Assembly (NCBI GenBank): GCA_050949045.1
Contig: JBMNEZ010000001.1
Span: 1,056,001 to 1,120,000 of the forward strand
Source of the DNA: Candidatus Izemoplasmatales bacterium
GTDB lineage: Bacteria > Bacillota_I > Bacilli_A > Izemoplasmatales > Hujiaoplasmataceae
Direction: 5' to 3'
DNA length: 64,000 nt
Shown: positions 25,816 through 36,604 of the stretch, piece after piece
Layout of the letters: each line of letters opens with the position of its first letter
Position numbering within the stretch: the first letter of the stretch is position 1
Program-made: the position numbers and the translations under genes
The notes under the pieces: model-generated
Database searches by the model: none
Told to the model about the DNA's origin: nothing
Seen by the model: only the letters and a program-made list of their open reading frames with translations

Positions 25816-26532
25816 TCATCCCCGCTTTCGCCTTTGAATGTCGAAAATGACGATGCCGGCTCCGACGGATGCGTTCAGGCTGTTGATTCGACCTTGCATC
25901 GGGATTTTCACTAATAGGTCGCAGTGTTCCTTTAATAAGCGTCCCATACCCTTTCCCTCATTGCCGATCACAAGACAAAGAGGCCTGTCGACATAAATCT
26001 CCTCATAGGAGTTTTTGGCATCGGGACTGGTGCCGATGATCCAAAATCCTTCTTTTTTGAGTTTTTCGGCAGTTTGAGTCAAATTTGTGACTTCGATTAT
26101 TTTGATGTACTCAATAGCGCCGGAAGAGGCTTTGACAACCGCTGGGGTGATGCCCGCACTTCGATTTTTGGGTATGATTACTGCTTTGACGCCTCCGGCT
26201 TCGGCGCTTCTCAAAATCGCCCCCAGATTGTGAGGGTCTTGAATTTCATCGAGCATTAGAATCAGTGGGTTTTCTTTAATTTTTGTTTCCGCAAGAAATC
26301 GCGCTAACGGCTCTGTCCTGTATTCTTCAACTTCGGCGACGATTCCCTGGTTGACGCCTGCATAACTATCTTTGAACTTTTGTTTGTCAAGAACGGTGAG
26401 CGGGATGCCGGCTTTTTTAAGTTTGTCCGCAAGATCCATATTGGTGCCGTCGATAATGGTTGCGCTTCTGATCTTTCGCTTTGCTTTCAAAGCTTCAATA
26501 ACCGGATTTTTCCCGTAGATTAACAAAGACAT
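25816..26532 (-). CDS. rlmB: 23S rRNA Gm2251 2'-O-methyltransferase
   Basis: SPOUT motifs DPHNLGAILRS, GNEGKG, SLNASV. Confidence 0.93.
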   Translation of the reverse strand: MSLLIYGKNPVIEALKAKRKIRSATIIDGTNMDLADKLKKAGIPLTVLDKQKFKDSYAGVNQGIVAEVEEYRTEPLARFLAETKIKENPLILMLDEIQDPHNLGAILRSAEAGGVKAVIIPKNRSAGITPAVVKASSGAIEYIKIIEVTNLTQTAEKLKKEGFWIIGTSPDAKNSYEEIYVDRPLCLVIGNEGKGMGRLLKEHCDLLVKIPMQGRINSLNASVGAGIVIFDIQRRKRG

Positions 26533-26616
26533 CATTCCTCCATCTTCATTGTAGCATAGATCGTTCTCTGACGTTCTTGAAATATAATGAGTGGCTACCA
26601 AGGTCAAAGACAGGCT

Positions 26617-27000
26617 TCAGTCGCTGTTTTCCTCAACCGCCATAATCGCTATTTTAACAATTTCTTCAAGACGTTGATGTTCGCCTTCAAGAAAAAGATG
26701 GCCGATGACAGCCTCAAAGCCACTGGCTTGATGGTAGGTGGCCAAACTGACATTTTTGGGTTTATGGGTCGCGACAGCGTTCCTACCGCGCTTGAAAATG
26801 GACTCTTCGAGTTCTGTGAGTCCGGTTTCAAGCAACCTTGCCATGGCTATCGACTGCCCTTTGGCGGAAGTATAGCGCACAGCTTGCTTATGTAAATCAT
26901 TGACTTTTGTATAACCCTTGTTTAGAAGGTGCTTGCGAATCATGAGTTCGTAATAAGCATCACCCAAATAGGCAAGCGAAAGCCCGCTAAATTGATTCAA
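26617..27000 (-). CDS. mrnC: Mini-ribonuclease III
   Basis: LAYLGDAYYE, KRGRN, ASGFEAVIG; follows cysS. Confidence 0.95.
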   Translation of the reverse strand: MNQFSGLSLAYLGDAYYELMIRKHLLNKGYTKVNDLHKQAVRYTSAKGQSIAMARLLETGLTELEESIFKRGRNAVATHKPKNVSLATYHQASGFEAVIGHLFLEGEHQRLEEIVKIAIMAVEENSD

Positions 27001-28334
27001 AACAATCCCTTTTCCTGCAAGATGCGCCGTAGTTCGTCCGCCTCAGCGTATCGTTTTTCCTTGCGGAGAGCTTCCCATTTGCGAATTGATTGCACGTCAT
27101 CTTCCGTGAGTCTTTTAACATTGGCTTTTAATCCGAGGACGTCCAGCATATAGCCAAGAGCATTGAGAATGGCGGCGAGTTTACGAAAATCATTCCCTTT
27201 GCGGATCTCGACGTTGGCGACCTTGACCAAGGCTTGGAGCTCGGTGATCGCATTCGGTGTATTGAAGTCGTTGTCCATGGCTTCGTTAAACGCCTTGACC
27301 GCTTTCAAGGTATCTTGGTTCTCCGAAAAAGCAATGTCAGTGCCGGCGGAGGCAAGGTCAAGCTTTCGATAGACCGCGTTCAAAGTTGCCTCGATTCTGT
27401 CCCATTCCTCGGCAAACATGCGAATGCTTTGTTCGGTGTAGTTAATCGGCGCTCGGTAATGCGTCGACAATAATAGTAGTCTTAAAGCCATCATATTATA
27501 GGAAAAATCCTTGATGAGAACGACATTGCCAAGGCTTTTGCTCATCACTTCATTTTCAATCTGGAGCCTTCCGTTATGCATCCAATAGTTTGCGATTGTA
27601 TGTTTGCGGCAGGCAAGGGATTGGGCGATTTCGTTTTCATGATGGGGAAAGATCAAGTCGGCTCCACCGCCATGAATATCGATTTTATTGTTGAAAAGAG
27701 CATCGATCATCACAACGCACTCAGTATGCCAACCGGGACGCCCCTTTGAAAAAGGCGATTCCCAGTTCAATCCTTCATCGGTCTTTTTCCAAAGGACAAA
27801 GTCGAGAGGAGACTCTTTTAGAGGATTGATCTCCACGCGGGCACCCTGGATAAGGTCATCCAGTTTCCGTTTGCTTAAATGGCCGTATTCGGTGATTTTC
27901 TCCACCCGGAAAAACACATCTCCCTCAACTACATAGGCATATCCTTTATTGACAAGTTCACTGATATAATCGATGATGAGAGGGATATATTCCGTTACTC
28001 TTGGTTTCAGATAATCTTCATGGCAGTTCAAACTAACGATATCTTTTTGGCAAGCTTGAATGAAATATTCGCTGATTTCAGTTTCGGACTTGCCTGTTTC
28101 TTTGGCCTTGGCGATGATTCTGTCATCGACGTCGGTAAAGTTGGAGGCAAAGCGGACAAGGAAGCCTTTGGCTTCCAGATACCGCCTGAACGTATCAAAA
28201 ACCACCCAGGGACGGGCATTGCCGATATGCATGTAATTATAGACGGTCGGTCCGCAGACATAGATCGAAACCTCGCCCTTATTAATCGGGATGAATTCCT
28301 CAAGTTTTCCCGTGTAGGTGTTTGTCAGTTTCAA
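26997..28334 (-). CDS. cysS: Cysteine-tRNA ligase
   Basis: CGPTVY, HIGNAR, GRPGWHTEC, MSKSLGN; start is TTG 28334 or GTG 28343. Confidence 0.98.
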   Translation of the reverse strand: MKLTNTYTGKLEEFIPINKGEVSIYVCGPTVYNYMHIGNARPWVVFDTFRRYLEAKGFLVRFASNFTDVDDRIIAKAKETGKSETEISEYFIQACQKDIVSLNCHEDYLKPRVTEYIPLIIDYISELVNKGYAYVVEGDVFFRVEKITEYGHLSKRKLDDLIQGARVEINPLKESPLDFVLWKKTDEGLNWESPFSKGRPGWHTECVVMIDALFNNKIDIHGGGADLIFPHHENEIAQSLACRKHTIANYWMHNGRLQIENEVMSKSLGNVVLIKDFSYNMMALRLLLLSTHYRAPINYTEQSIRMFAEEWDRIEATLNAVYRKLDLASAGTDIAFSENQDTLKAVKAFNEAMDNDFNTPNAITELQALVKVANVEIRKGNDFRKLAAILNALGYMLDVLGLKANVKRLTEDDVQSIRKWEALRKEKRYAEADELRRILQEKGLF

Positions 28335-28437
28335 GGCGACCACCTTCGCTTTCTGTTAACATCATTATAGGCTATCAACCTTTTATTTTCAAGAAATAAG
28401 GATAATAATCGATAAAGTCCGCTTCAAGTCATAAAGC

Positions 28438-28468
28438 AAAAAAAGAACACCTTGCGAGTGTTCTTTTT
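28438..28468 (-). terminator. csp terminator
   Basis: AAAAAGAACAC-TCGCAAG-GTGTTCTTTTTTT. Confidence 0.85.
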
Positions 28469-28495
28469 CATTGGCTTGGTTAACTACAGTAAAGC

Positions 28496-28693
28496 TTAAA
28501 GTTTTACTATATTAGCAGCTTGCGGGCCTCTGGCGCCTTCAACTACATCAAAGCTGACCGCTTGTCCGTTTTCGAGGGATTTGTAGCCTTCGCCTTGGAT
28601 AGCTGAGTAATGGGCGAAGATATCCTTGCCATTCTCGTCAGTGATGAAGCCATAACCTTTTTCTGCATTAAACCATTTGACCGTTCCGTTCAT
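28496..28693 (-). CDS. cspA: Cold-shock protein
   Basis: [17 protein letters not shown]...DIFAHYSAI. Confidence 0.95.
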   Translation of the reverse strand: MNGTVKWFNAEKGYGFITDENGKDIFAHYSAIQGEGYKSLENGQAVSFDVVEGARGPQAANIVKL

Positions 28694-28797
28694 TTGTTTC
28701 TCCTTATTATATTTTGATGCTGCGACTATTATAATTTGTTTCCAAGCAAAATGCAAGTCCTATTATCCAAAAGAGGTAATATCGTTCTAGATCAGAT

Positions 28798-30078
28798 TCA
28801 GTTTTCTTCAATGTCTTCGGTTTGTTCTGCTTCCATATCGGAATCAGTTTCCTTGTCGCTGAAGTCTGCGTTTTTGATGCGTCCGAACTTGTCGGTGATC
28901 CTGATCACACGACGGTCGACGGCGTCGCTTTGGCGACTAAGGCTCCTGATGTTCTGGTTCAATTTTGTCCAATCGCGGCTGAATATTTCAAATTCTTTGT
29001 TCAGTAGTTTGAGTTGGCTGTCGATGATTTTTGCGTTTTTTGCTTTCTCATAATCGATTCTGGCAGCCTGAAAACTTGACAAAAGCGGGATGATCGTCGT
29101 TGGCGAAACGATTGTGACCCGTTTTTCTCGGGCATACTCGACGATGTTCGGCAGTTTGGCGTGGATAAGTGCCAAAACGCCATCGCTGGCGACAAACATC
29201 AGGGCGTAATTGGCAGTCACTCCGTCGATGATGTATTTATTGCCGATGTCAGTGATATGTTTTTTGACCTCGGACCCGAAAGCCTGAATCAGTTTATCCT
29301 CTTCTTCCTTGGGAATGCCTTTTTCCTCAAAGAGTTTGGCATACGAAGAAAATGGAAACTTGGAGTCAATTGCGACTTTGTTGTGGGGTTCAGGCATAAA
29401 GATGACTGCGTCGGCCCGAACGGACTCTTGCTTCCCACGCGCTTCTTTGATTGTATGCTGAATCTCGTAGATCTTGTTGTTGTCTCCAAAAACACTGAAC
29501 AAAAGCTGGTTAAGCTGATACTCGCCGAAAGAACCTCTGGCTTGATTGTTAGACAGAATGTTCTGCAAACTAATCATCTCGTTTGACAAACTCTCGATTT
29601 TCTTTTGCGCTTCATCAATGATTTTTACCCGTTCCACAATCTGGATGAACGTTTCATTGGTGCTCCGAAAGCCTTTCTGCAGGCGATCATCGACGTCCTC
29701 ATTAATCTTGTAGAGTTTCTGATTGACTTCATCGGTCAGTTTTTTGAAATCTTCCTGCAACTTACCGGTTAATTTTTCCTGGAAGCCTATTAGTTCTTTA
29801 TTGACATTGATGCGAAACTCAGTGATGTTTTCTCCGGATTTATCACTTGTTTCTCGCAGGAGATTGTTGACATCCTGATTGAACTTGAGCATTGAGTCAT
29901 AGACAGTCCTGATCACATCAGTCTTCATCTGATCGATCTTGGCCAAAGTTGTTGATTCTACATTGTCCAGTTCGGCACCGAAAGGCTTTTTTAACTGCAA
30001 AACAATGTTAACGACGATCCCGAGAAGAACGAGCGACAACAAGATGATGGATAGTGTATCGGTTAATGCAAGAAACAT
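28798..30078 (-). CDS. rmuC: DNA recombination protein RmuC family
   Basis: N-terminal TM, coiled coil, RGSFGEYQL, ADAVI, IDSKFP, VSPTT. Confidence 0.92.
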   Translation of the reverse strand: MFLALTDTLSIILLSLVLLGIVVNIVLQLKKPFGAELDNVESTTLAKIDQMKTDVIRTVYDSMLKFNQDVNNLLRETSDKSGENITEFRINVNKELIGFQEKLTGKLQEDFKKLTDEVNQKLYKINEDVDDRLQKGFRSTNETFIQIVERVKIIDEAQKKIESLSNEMISLQNILSNNQARGSFGEYQLNQLLFSVFGDNNKIYEIQHTIKEARGKQESVRADAVIFMPEPHNKVAIDSKFPFSSYAKLFEEKGIPKEEEDKLIQAFGSEVKKHITDIGNKYIIDGVTANYALMFVASDGVLALIHAKLPNIVEYAREKRVTIVSPTTIIPLLSSFQAARIDYEKAKNAKIIDSQLKLLNKEFEIFSRDWTKLNQNIRSLSRQSDAVDRRVIRITDKFGRIKNADFSDKETDSDMEAEQTEDIEEN

Positions 30079-30557
30079 AATACCACCTCAAAATCTCAGA
30101 ATAGGAAGCCAAAAAGGTTAAACAGCACTTGGAGCAAGCACTTGAATATGCCTCGTTTTCGCCATTTACCAACGATAATCCCACTAAAGAGAGAAAGGTA
30201 ATTAGCAGCTTGTTTGTCGAAAAAACGCAACTGTTAGGCAACTAGATTAAAGCAGTGTTTCACCACTGTCTCAGACGCCAATTATTACTGAATAAATTAT
30301 ACCATATTATGAACTAATAAGCCATTAACGATTGGCAAACTTTTTTCCTTGCTTTTGGCTTCTTACCTGAGTCAATAGAGGTCGTAGTAATAATCACGTC
30401 TTTTAATAAATTTCTGATGCAAACTTAATTAGAAAGAAGAAATCGGACTTCAAGTAGAAGCTGTTCATATGCAAGTCTAATATAATCGCTTCATATTGTA
30501 AAAGAATGCCGTTGTTATACAACAAGTACAGAAAAAACAATCCTTAGTCAGCGAAAT

Positions 30558-30588
30558 AAAAACACAGGTTGTGGTGGCCTGTGTCTTT
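30558..30588 (-). terminator. rpsI terminator
   Basis: ACACAGG..CCTGTGT followed by T tract. Confidence 0.75.
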
Positions 30589-30604
30589 CTGGCTTCTCAA
30601 GTTT

Positions 30605-31000
30605 TTAACGCTTGCTGAATTGCGGAGCTCTTCTTGCGCCTTTGAGACCGTATTTTTTACGTTCTTTGACGCGGGAATCTCTAGTGATCAATCCTGCCGG
30701 TTTAAGAATTTTGCGATACTCTGGGTTCACTTCGAGAAGGGCGCGGGTGACTCCTAGGCGGATCGCCCCTGCCTGGCCAATGAGGCCGCCGCCGCTGACG
30801 TTGACAGAGATGTCGAACGTGCTTTCATTGGCGGTGAGAACAAGAGGTTGTTGGACATCGAGACGCGCGAGCGCTGAAGGAATGTAATCAACAAATTCTC
30901 TGCCGTTGATTTTGAAAGCGCCTTTGCCTGGTCTCAAGATGACTCTGGCAACCGCGGACTTTCTTCTGCCCGTGCCGCGATACATAACAGATTTTGCCAC
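30605..31000 (-). CDS. rpsI: 30S ribosomal protein S9
   Basis: [22 protein letters not shown]. Confidence 0.99.
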   Translation of the reverse strand: MAKSVMYRGTGRRKSAVARVILRPGKGAFKINGREFVDYIPSALARLDVQQPLVLTANESTFDISVNVSGGGLIGQAGAIRLGVTRALLEVNPEYRKILKPAGLITRDSRVKERKKYGLKGARRAPQFSKR

Positions 31001-31012
31001 TTGCGCTTCCTC

Positions 31013-31447
31013 CTACCCTTTCAGTTCAAGCACGGTCGGTTTCTGTGCTTGGTGCTTGTGCTCCGCATCTGCGTAGACAAACAGTTTTTTGTACATCTGG
31101 TTCCCGAGTTTTCCCTTTGGTAACATCCCTTTGACGGCGAGTTCGACCATTTTAGTCGGTTTTTCAGCCATCATCACCTTTGCCGTCTTGGTCTTCAAGC
31201 CTCCGGGATAGTTTGAATGGGTGCGATATAGCTTGTCATCCCATTTGTCTCCCGTCAGTTCGATCTCGCTGGCGTTGATTACGATAACATAGTCGCCACA
31301 ATCCACATGCGGTGTAAAAGTGGGTTTATGTTTTCCGTGCAACACCGAGGCAACCTCGGTGGCAAGGCGTCCGAGTTTCTTGCCGGCGGCATCAACCACA
31401 AACCATTTGCGTTCTACGGTTTGAGCATTTGCCATATAGGTTTTCAT
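31013..31447 (-). CDS. rplM: 50S ribosomal protein L13
   Basis: [28 protein letters not shown]. Confidence 0.99.
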   Translation of the reverse strand: MKTYMANAQTVERKWFVVDAAGKKLGRLATEVASVLHGKHKPTFTPHVDCGDYVIVINASEIELTGDKWDDKLYRTHSNYPGGLKTKTAKVMMAEKPTKMVELAVKGMLPKGKLGNQMYKKLFVYADAEHKHQAQKPTVLELKG

Positions 31448-31554
31448 TTTTGTTTCCTCCTTAATATGAATTAAAGAGCTGTGGGATTTAAACAAAAAAA
31501 TGTACCTGTAATATAATATCACTTCGGTACATTTTAGTCAATAATTATCTTCCG

Positions 31555-32442
31555 TCAGTCAATGATCTTCTTGGCGAATTTTCCCTCGACGTCCTGAACT
31601 CCGGTCATCACGACGAACGCTGCTGGATCGATCTCTTTGATGATTGCCAAATAGCGCTCCATCTCATGCACGGAGATAACCGCATAGAGCACTGTCCTGG
31701 ATTGATTAGTGTAAGCTCCGATCGCATCGATCATTGTTACTCCGTGCGGCATTCTCGATTTCAACGCATCCGCTATTTCTCTGCCGTTTGCCGATATTAT
31801 TTCTAGTTTCATGAAGTTATATCCAGTGAAAATCTTGTCGAGCACGATTGAAGTGATCAACTGGGAAACGATCGTGTAAATGGCGATATCAAGACCGAAA
31901 ATAAGCCCTGCGACCAGAATGATCGCGCCGTGGAATACCATTTGATATTGGCCGACCGACCTGCCTGTCTTGATTGATAAATATTGAAACAAGATCGATG
32001 TTCCGCCACTAGAAGCACCGACGATGTGGATGATTCCGTTGCCAAGGCCACCAAGGATTCCGCCGACAAGCGCATTCGAGAGGATATCATCACCCATGAC
32101 AGGCGTCTCGACCCGAAATGAAAGGATGGCACTATAGATGACGATTGAAAGAAACGTGTAATAGATGAACCGCTTGTTTAGTTTGATATAACCGAAGATC
32201 ATCAGAGGAATCTGAAGTACGAACGACAACAAACCGAGATTGAGCATGAGATTCCCGCCGGTAACCAGATTGATGACGTTGATAATCAACTGTGTCAATC
32301 CGGTGACCCCGCCGCAATAGAGTTTGGCTGGATCGACAAAAAAGATGATGCCAAGACCGGCAATCACGGTCCCAACCACGACAAATACAATCGTTTTCAA
32401 CTCTTTTTTAAAATCAATTTTTAATCGTTTTGTCTTTTCCAT
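31555..32442 (-). CDS. YitT family membrane protein
   Basis: GGVTGL, ASSGGT, C-terminal HGVT..GAYT..IDPAAFV. Confidence 0.9.
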   Translation of the reverse strand: MEKTKRLKIDFKKELKTIVFVVVGTVIAGLGIIFFVDPAKLYCGGVTGLTQLIINVINLVTGGNLMLNLGLLSFVLQIPLMIFGYIKLNKRFIYYTFLSIVIYSAILSFRVETPVMGDDILSNALVGGILGGLGNGIIHIVGASSGGTSILFQYLSIKTGRSVGQYQMVFHGAIILVAGLIFGLDIAIYTIVSQLITSIVLDKIFTGYNFMKLEIISANGREIADALKSRMPHGVTMIDAIGAYTNQSRTVLYAVISVHEMERYLAIIKEIDPAAFVVMTGVQDVEGKFAKKIID

Positions 32443-32443
32443 A

Positions 32444-34393
32444 TTATCTGATTTCATCACCCGGACCAAGAGACCCTGAGGCCTCAATCACTGAAAGATC
32501 GCCGCTTTCACTCTCGCCACACAGGATCATTCCTTCGCTGAGTTCACCTCGCAATTTAATCGGTTCGAGATTAGTGATGACCAGCAGTCTCATACCAATC
32601 AAAGCCTGGGGTTTATAATAATCGGCTATTCCCGAAACGACTTGTCTGATTTTGTCGCCGGTATCGATTTTGAGAATCACCAATTTTTTGGCATTCTTAT
32701 GAAAAGAAGCCTCCTTGACAATGCCGACTTTAATCTCGATCTGATTGAACACATCAACGCTTATCGCGGGTTTGACCGGTTTATCAAGATCCATCGGTTT
32801 GCATTCGTGGTTTCCCATCATTTGTCTAATTTTGGCCACTTCCTTCTCATAGTCCAATCTTGGAAAAACATGGATCGGTGTGGGTGCCACTTGATAATCA
32901 CTCTTGAATCCGAAAACAGCGCTTGCGAGAGATTGCGCATGTGAGTCAACTTCAAGCATTGCGAAGACTTTGGCTGGAGTTTCAATCAAAACAGGTTGGT
33001 AAAGAATAGTCGCGATTCTGATAGCCTCAAGCAAATGGTAAAGAACCGATTGAAGTACTTCGCTATTCGCTTTCGACTTGGCAAGATCCCAAGGGAGAGT
33101 CTCGTCAATTAGTTTGTTGGTTCTCGAAATCAGTCGTGATACTTCGAAAAGAGCCTGAGAAACTCGGAATTCGTCCATGGCATCCTGGTATTTGTTAACA
33201 ACATCTTCGATGGTGCCTTCAAGATCGCGCTCGAATACCGCAATTTCATTAGTGTGTGACCTATGTGATACGAAACCAGAAAAGTACTTGTTCACCATCG
33301 TGATAACCCGGCTGACGAGATTCCCGTAATCATTGGCAAGTTCGGTGTTGATTCTAGTGACATAGTCCTCGGGAGTGAACAAGCCATCGTTGCCGTAGGG
33401 AAGATCCTTGACAATGTAGTAGCGAAAAGCATCGAGTCCATAGTTTTCCACCAATTGTTCCGGATAGATGACATTTCCTTTTGACTTGGAAATCTTACCG
33501 TCTTTCATCAAATACCAGCCGTGAACGAATAATCTGAAATTGATCGGTTCACCAATCGCCATCAGGATACATGGCCAATAGACGGCATGGAAACGAAGAA
33601 TGTCCTTGCCAATGACATGGATGATTTCATCGCCCGCGATCCAATACTTCTGATAGAGACTCTCGTCTTTTGAACGGTAGCCAAGGGCGCTGATGTAATT
33701 GCTGAGAGCATCAATCCAGACATAGATGACGTGACGGGGATCGCTCTTCACCTTGACGCCCCAATCAAACGACGTCCTTGAGACGCTGAGATCGTTGAGA
33801 CCGGATTTGATGAATTGGACAACTTCGTTCTTTCTGGTTTCAGGAAAAATGAAATCGGGATGCTCTTCAATATATTTCAACAAACGGTCCTGATACTTGG
33901 ACAGACGGAAAAAATAGGTTTCCTCTTTGACGATTGATGTCGGACGCCCACAATCAGGACATAGTTCGCTTTCCTTGAGTTGGGTTGGTGTGAAATAGGC
34001 TTCGCATTCAACACAGTAATTTCCCGAATACTTGCCGAGATAGATATCGCCTGAATCAAGCAAATCTTGAAAGATATCCTGAACCACGCTTTCATGTCGC
34101 TTTTCCGTGGTTCTAATGAAATCATCATTCTTAATTGCAAGCAACCGCCATAGTTCTTTTGTCATTTCCGCGATGTGATCGACATGTTCTTGCGGTGCTT
34201 TATGGTTCTTCTTTGCGGCTTCCGCGATCTTTAGTCCATGTTCGTCCATGCCAGTCAAAAAGCGCGTGTCGTATCCCTGAAGATCCTTGTAGCGCTTAAG
34301 AGTGTCACACAAACAGGTCGTGTAGGCGGAACCAATATGCAGTTTTCCGCTTGGATAATAGATTGGCGTGGTAATATAGAATGTCTTGGCCAT
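32444..34393 (-). CDS. metG: Methionine-tRNA ligase with C-terminal tRNA-binding domain
   Basis: FYITTPIYY, LHIGS, KISKSKGN, SEGMIL. Confidence 0.98.
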   Translation of the reverse strand: MAKTFYITTPIYYPSGKLHIGSAYTTCLCDTLKRYKDLQGYDTRFLTGMDEHGLKIAEAAKKNHKAPQEHVDHIAEMTKELWRLLAIKNDDFIRTTEKRHESVVQDIFQDLLDSGDIYLGKYSGNYCVECEAYFTPTQLKESELCPDCGRPTSIVKEETYFFRLSKYQDRLLKYIEEHPDFIFPETRKNEVVQFIKSGLNDLSVSRTSFDWGVKVKSDPRHVIYVWIDALSNYISALGYRSKDESLYQKYWIAGDEIIHVIGKDILRFHAVYWPCILMAIGEPINFRLFVHGWYLMKDGKISKSKGNVIYPEQLVENYGLDAFRYYIVKDLPYGNDGLFTPEDYVTRINTELANDYGNLVSRVITMVNKYFSGFVSHRSHTNEIAVFERDLEGTIEDVVNKYQDAMDEFRVSQALFEVSRLISRTNKLIDETLPWDLAKSKANSEVLQSVLYHLLEAIRIATILYQPVLIETPAKVFAMLEVDSHAQSLASAVFGFKSDYQVAPTPIHVFPRLDYEKEVAKIRQMMGNHECKPMDLDKPVKPAISVDVFNQIEIKVGIVKEASFHKNAKKLVILKIDTGDKIRQVVSGIADYYKPQALIGMRLLVITNLEPIKLRGELSEGMILCGESESGDLSVIEASGSLGPGDEIR

Positions 34394-34394
34394 C

Positions 34395-34955
34395 TTACTT
34401 CCTCTGTTCAAATTCACGATAAAAAATATTTTTTGCCAGTTCACTCGCCTTGGCATCGCCCAAAGTGTTCCTAACGATTTCAAGGGCAAATTCATATACC
34501 GCTCCGGCGCCGATTGCTGTTATGATCTTGCCGTCGCTAACTGTTTGTTTTTCTATTCTGACGGCTCCGCGCATCTCAGCTTCGGTACCTGGAAAAGAAA
34601 TGTATTTCTTCCCTTCCATAACTCCGGCGAAAGCGAGCACCGTTGGTCCGGCGCAAATTGCCATCAAATATTTGCCACAAGCATGAAAATCCTTGATTAA
34701 CTGCAGTACCTTCTTGTTTTCCCGCAACAAAAAGGCTGCCCTTCCGCCGGGAATGAAGAGACCGTCATAAGCATTATGATCGAAGTTTGTCATCATAATG
34801 TCAGGTTTGACAAATGTGTTATATACCCCTTTAACATAAGGGACGCCATCGACAGAGACAAAATCGACTTTGATGCCGGCTCGTCTGAGAATCGCCGTTG
34901 TCCCAAGCGCCTCCATATCTTCAAATCCATCCAATAGTAAGCAAGCAATTTTCAC
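34395..34955 (-). CDS. DJ-1/PfpI (YajL/ThiJ-like) protein
   Basis: GFEDMEA, IPGG, AICAGP; GTG start after GAGGGG. Confidence 0.92.
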   Translation of the reverse strand: MKIACLLLDGFEDMEALGTTAILRRAGIKVDFVSVDGVPYVKGVYNTFVKPDIMMTNFDHNAYDGLFIPGGRAAFLLRENKKVLQLIKDFHACGKYLMAICAGPTVLAFAGVMEGKKYISFPGTEAEMRGAVRIEKQTVSDGKIITAIGAGAVYEFALEIVRNTLGDAKASELAKNIFYREFEQRK

Positions 34956-34989
34956 AATAATCCCCTCTTTCATGACGATATTGATTATA

Positions 34990-35844
34990 TCACTGTTTCT
35001 TGGTTTTTTTCAAATATTCCCGATAGATTTTGTTTTTTGGAACACCGCTTAAAAGCGCGACTTCTTTCATTGCTTCCGTCTTGGATAAACCTGATTTGAC
35101 CATACTATCGACTGCATTAACGACATCCTCAATCTTGAATTGTTCGTTTTCGGGTTGATAACCGGCGACAACAACGACAAATTCGCCTCGAAAATCTTCC
35201 AAACCGGACAATTCGGAAGCGAGCCCTCTGATAATTTCCTCATGCTTTTTGCTGATCTCACGGATCAGAGCAATACAGCGATCCCCAAAAATGGCCAATA
35301 TGTCGTCAATAAAGGCTTTGATCCGGTGCGGAGCTTCATAGAAAACCAGAGTCTCCTCGCGATATTTTAGTTTTTTGAGCACTTCCCGCCGTTTTGCTTG
35401 TTTTGCCTCAAGAAAGCCGTAAAAGAGATGCGGATGCGGTTTTAATCCGGACATCAGAAGCCCAGTGATACCGGCGCTTGGCCCGGGAAGGCAAACCACG
35501 CCAAACCCGGATTCAAGGCACTTCCTGACCAGTTCACTGCCTGGATCACTTAGAAGCGGCATTCCTGCATCACTGATTATCCCCACCGAACGCCCAGATG
35601 TCAAATGGCCAATGATGGCTGTTTCCACCTGTTTTTCATTGTGCTCGTGAAAACTATTAAGTGTCTTTTCAATCTGATAATGTCTTAACAGTTTAAGGGA
35701 TACCCTAGTATCCTCCGCATATAAGTAATCAACGTTTTTAATAACTTCCAATGCCCTCAAGGTGATATCTTCGAGATTGCCTATCGGTGTCGGGATCAAA
35801 TATAGCGTTGCGTTTTTATCAACATAATTTTGGTGCCGTATCAT
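34990..35844 (-). CDS. rsmI: 16S rRNA C1402 2'-O-methyltransferase
   Basis: LYLIPTPIGNLEDIT, SDAGMPLLSDPG, FYEAPHR. Confidence 0.96.
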   Translation of the reverse strand: MIRHQNYVDKNATLYLIPTPIGNLEDITLRALEVIKNVDYLYAEDTRVSLKLLRHYQIEKTLNSFHEHNEKQVETAIIGHLTSGRSVGIISDAGMPLLSDPGSELVRKCLESGFGVVCLPGPSAGITGLLMSGLKPHPHLFYGFLEAKQAKRREVLKKLKYREETLVFYEAPHRIKAFIDDILAIFGDRCIALIREISKKHEEIIRGLASELSGLEDFRGEFVVVVAGYQPENEQFKIEDVVNAVDSMVKSGLSKTEAMKEVALLSGVPKNKIYREYLKKTKKQ

Positions 35845-35858
35845 TTTCTATCACTCGC

Positions 35859-36590
35859 TCATATTTTTAGGATTCCTCGGGCTGTTTCAGTGTACCCGCC
35901 CGTATCATCATGAACAATCAGGGGCGGTATGACCTTGAGATCGCCCTTCTGCCCTTTTGAAGAAGCCTCAAGGAGGACCATCAGCGCCTTTTGGTCGCGT
36001 TTTGGATGAACAAACCGCATCCGTTTGAGAGAAAAACCCAATTTATCGAGAAGTACGGTTAACTCGTCTAAACGAGCGGCGCGATGGACAAAAACAAATG
36101 CGCCCTTGATTCTGAGTAATCTTTTCGCTGTGACCGCCAGTGTCTCGAAATCAAGCTTTTCCTCGTGCTTGGACACTTTGATTGTCGGATTATGCGAGAC
36201 AATCGAACTCTCTGACAATTTATAAAACGGTGGGTTCGCGACTACAATATCGAAGGAAGAGGGCTGAAAACGGGAATGGACGACTCGAATGTCGTCCTGA
36301 ATGATCTCGATTTGGTCGTCCAAGTTGTTCAGGCGAACACTTTTTTGTGCCAACAGACATTGATCGGAGTTGATTTCGATACCGATGATTCGCGCCTTGG
36401 TCTTCTCGCTTAGCAGTAAAGGGATGGGCCCAAGGCCAGTGCCAAGGTCGATGATGTTCTTGGTCTTGAGATTCACTTTGACGAAATCTGCCAGTAAAAT
36501 GGCATCCAGTGACAATTTGAAAAGATCGTCCCTCTGGATGATCTTGAGATTTTTGGAGCCGAGAAGGTCATCGACGATTTCTGGTTTCAC
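35859..36590 (-). CDS. tRNA1(Val) A37 N6-methyltransferase-like protein (YabB/TrmN6)
   Basis: IIDLGTGLG, ANPPFY; synteny. Confidence 0.88.
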   Translation of the reverse strand: MKPEIVDDLLGSKNLKIIQRDDLFKLSLDAILLADFVKVNLKTKNIIDLGTGLGPIPLLLSEKTKARIIGIEINSDQCLLAQKSVRLNNLDDQIEIIQDDIRVVHSRFQPSSFDIVVANPPFYKLSESSIVSHNPTIKVSKHEEKLDFETLAVTAKRLLRIKGAFVFVHRAARLDELTVLLDKLGFSLKRMRFVHPKRDQKALMVLLEASSKGQKGDLKVIPPLIVHDDTGGYTETARGILKI

Positions 36591-36604
36591 TGTCTATATC
36601 CCGA

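Noticed and set aside
27530..27550. CysRS KMSKS appears as VMSKS
   Set aside because: The catalytic second Lys is retained; first-position variation is tolerated
28344..28437. T-box riboswitch upstream of cysS (or metG)
   Set aside because: The promoter lies immediately upstream of cysS and metG is operon-internal; no T-box sequence seen
30008..30241. 77 aa ORF overlapping the rmuC start
   Set aside because: No clear RBS or motif, and it overlaps rmuC out of frame
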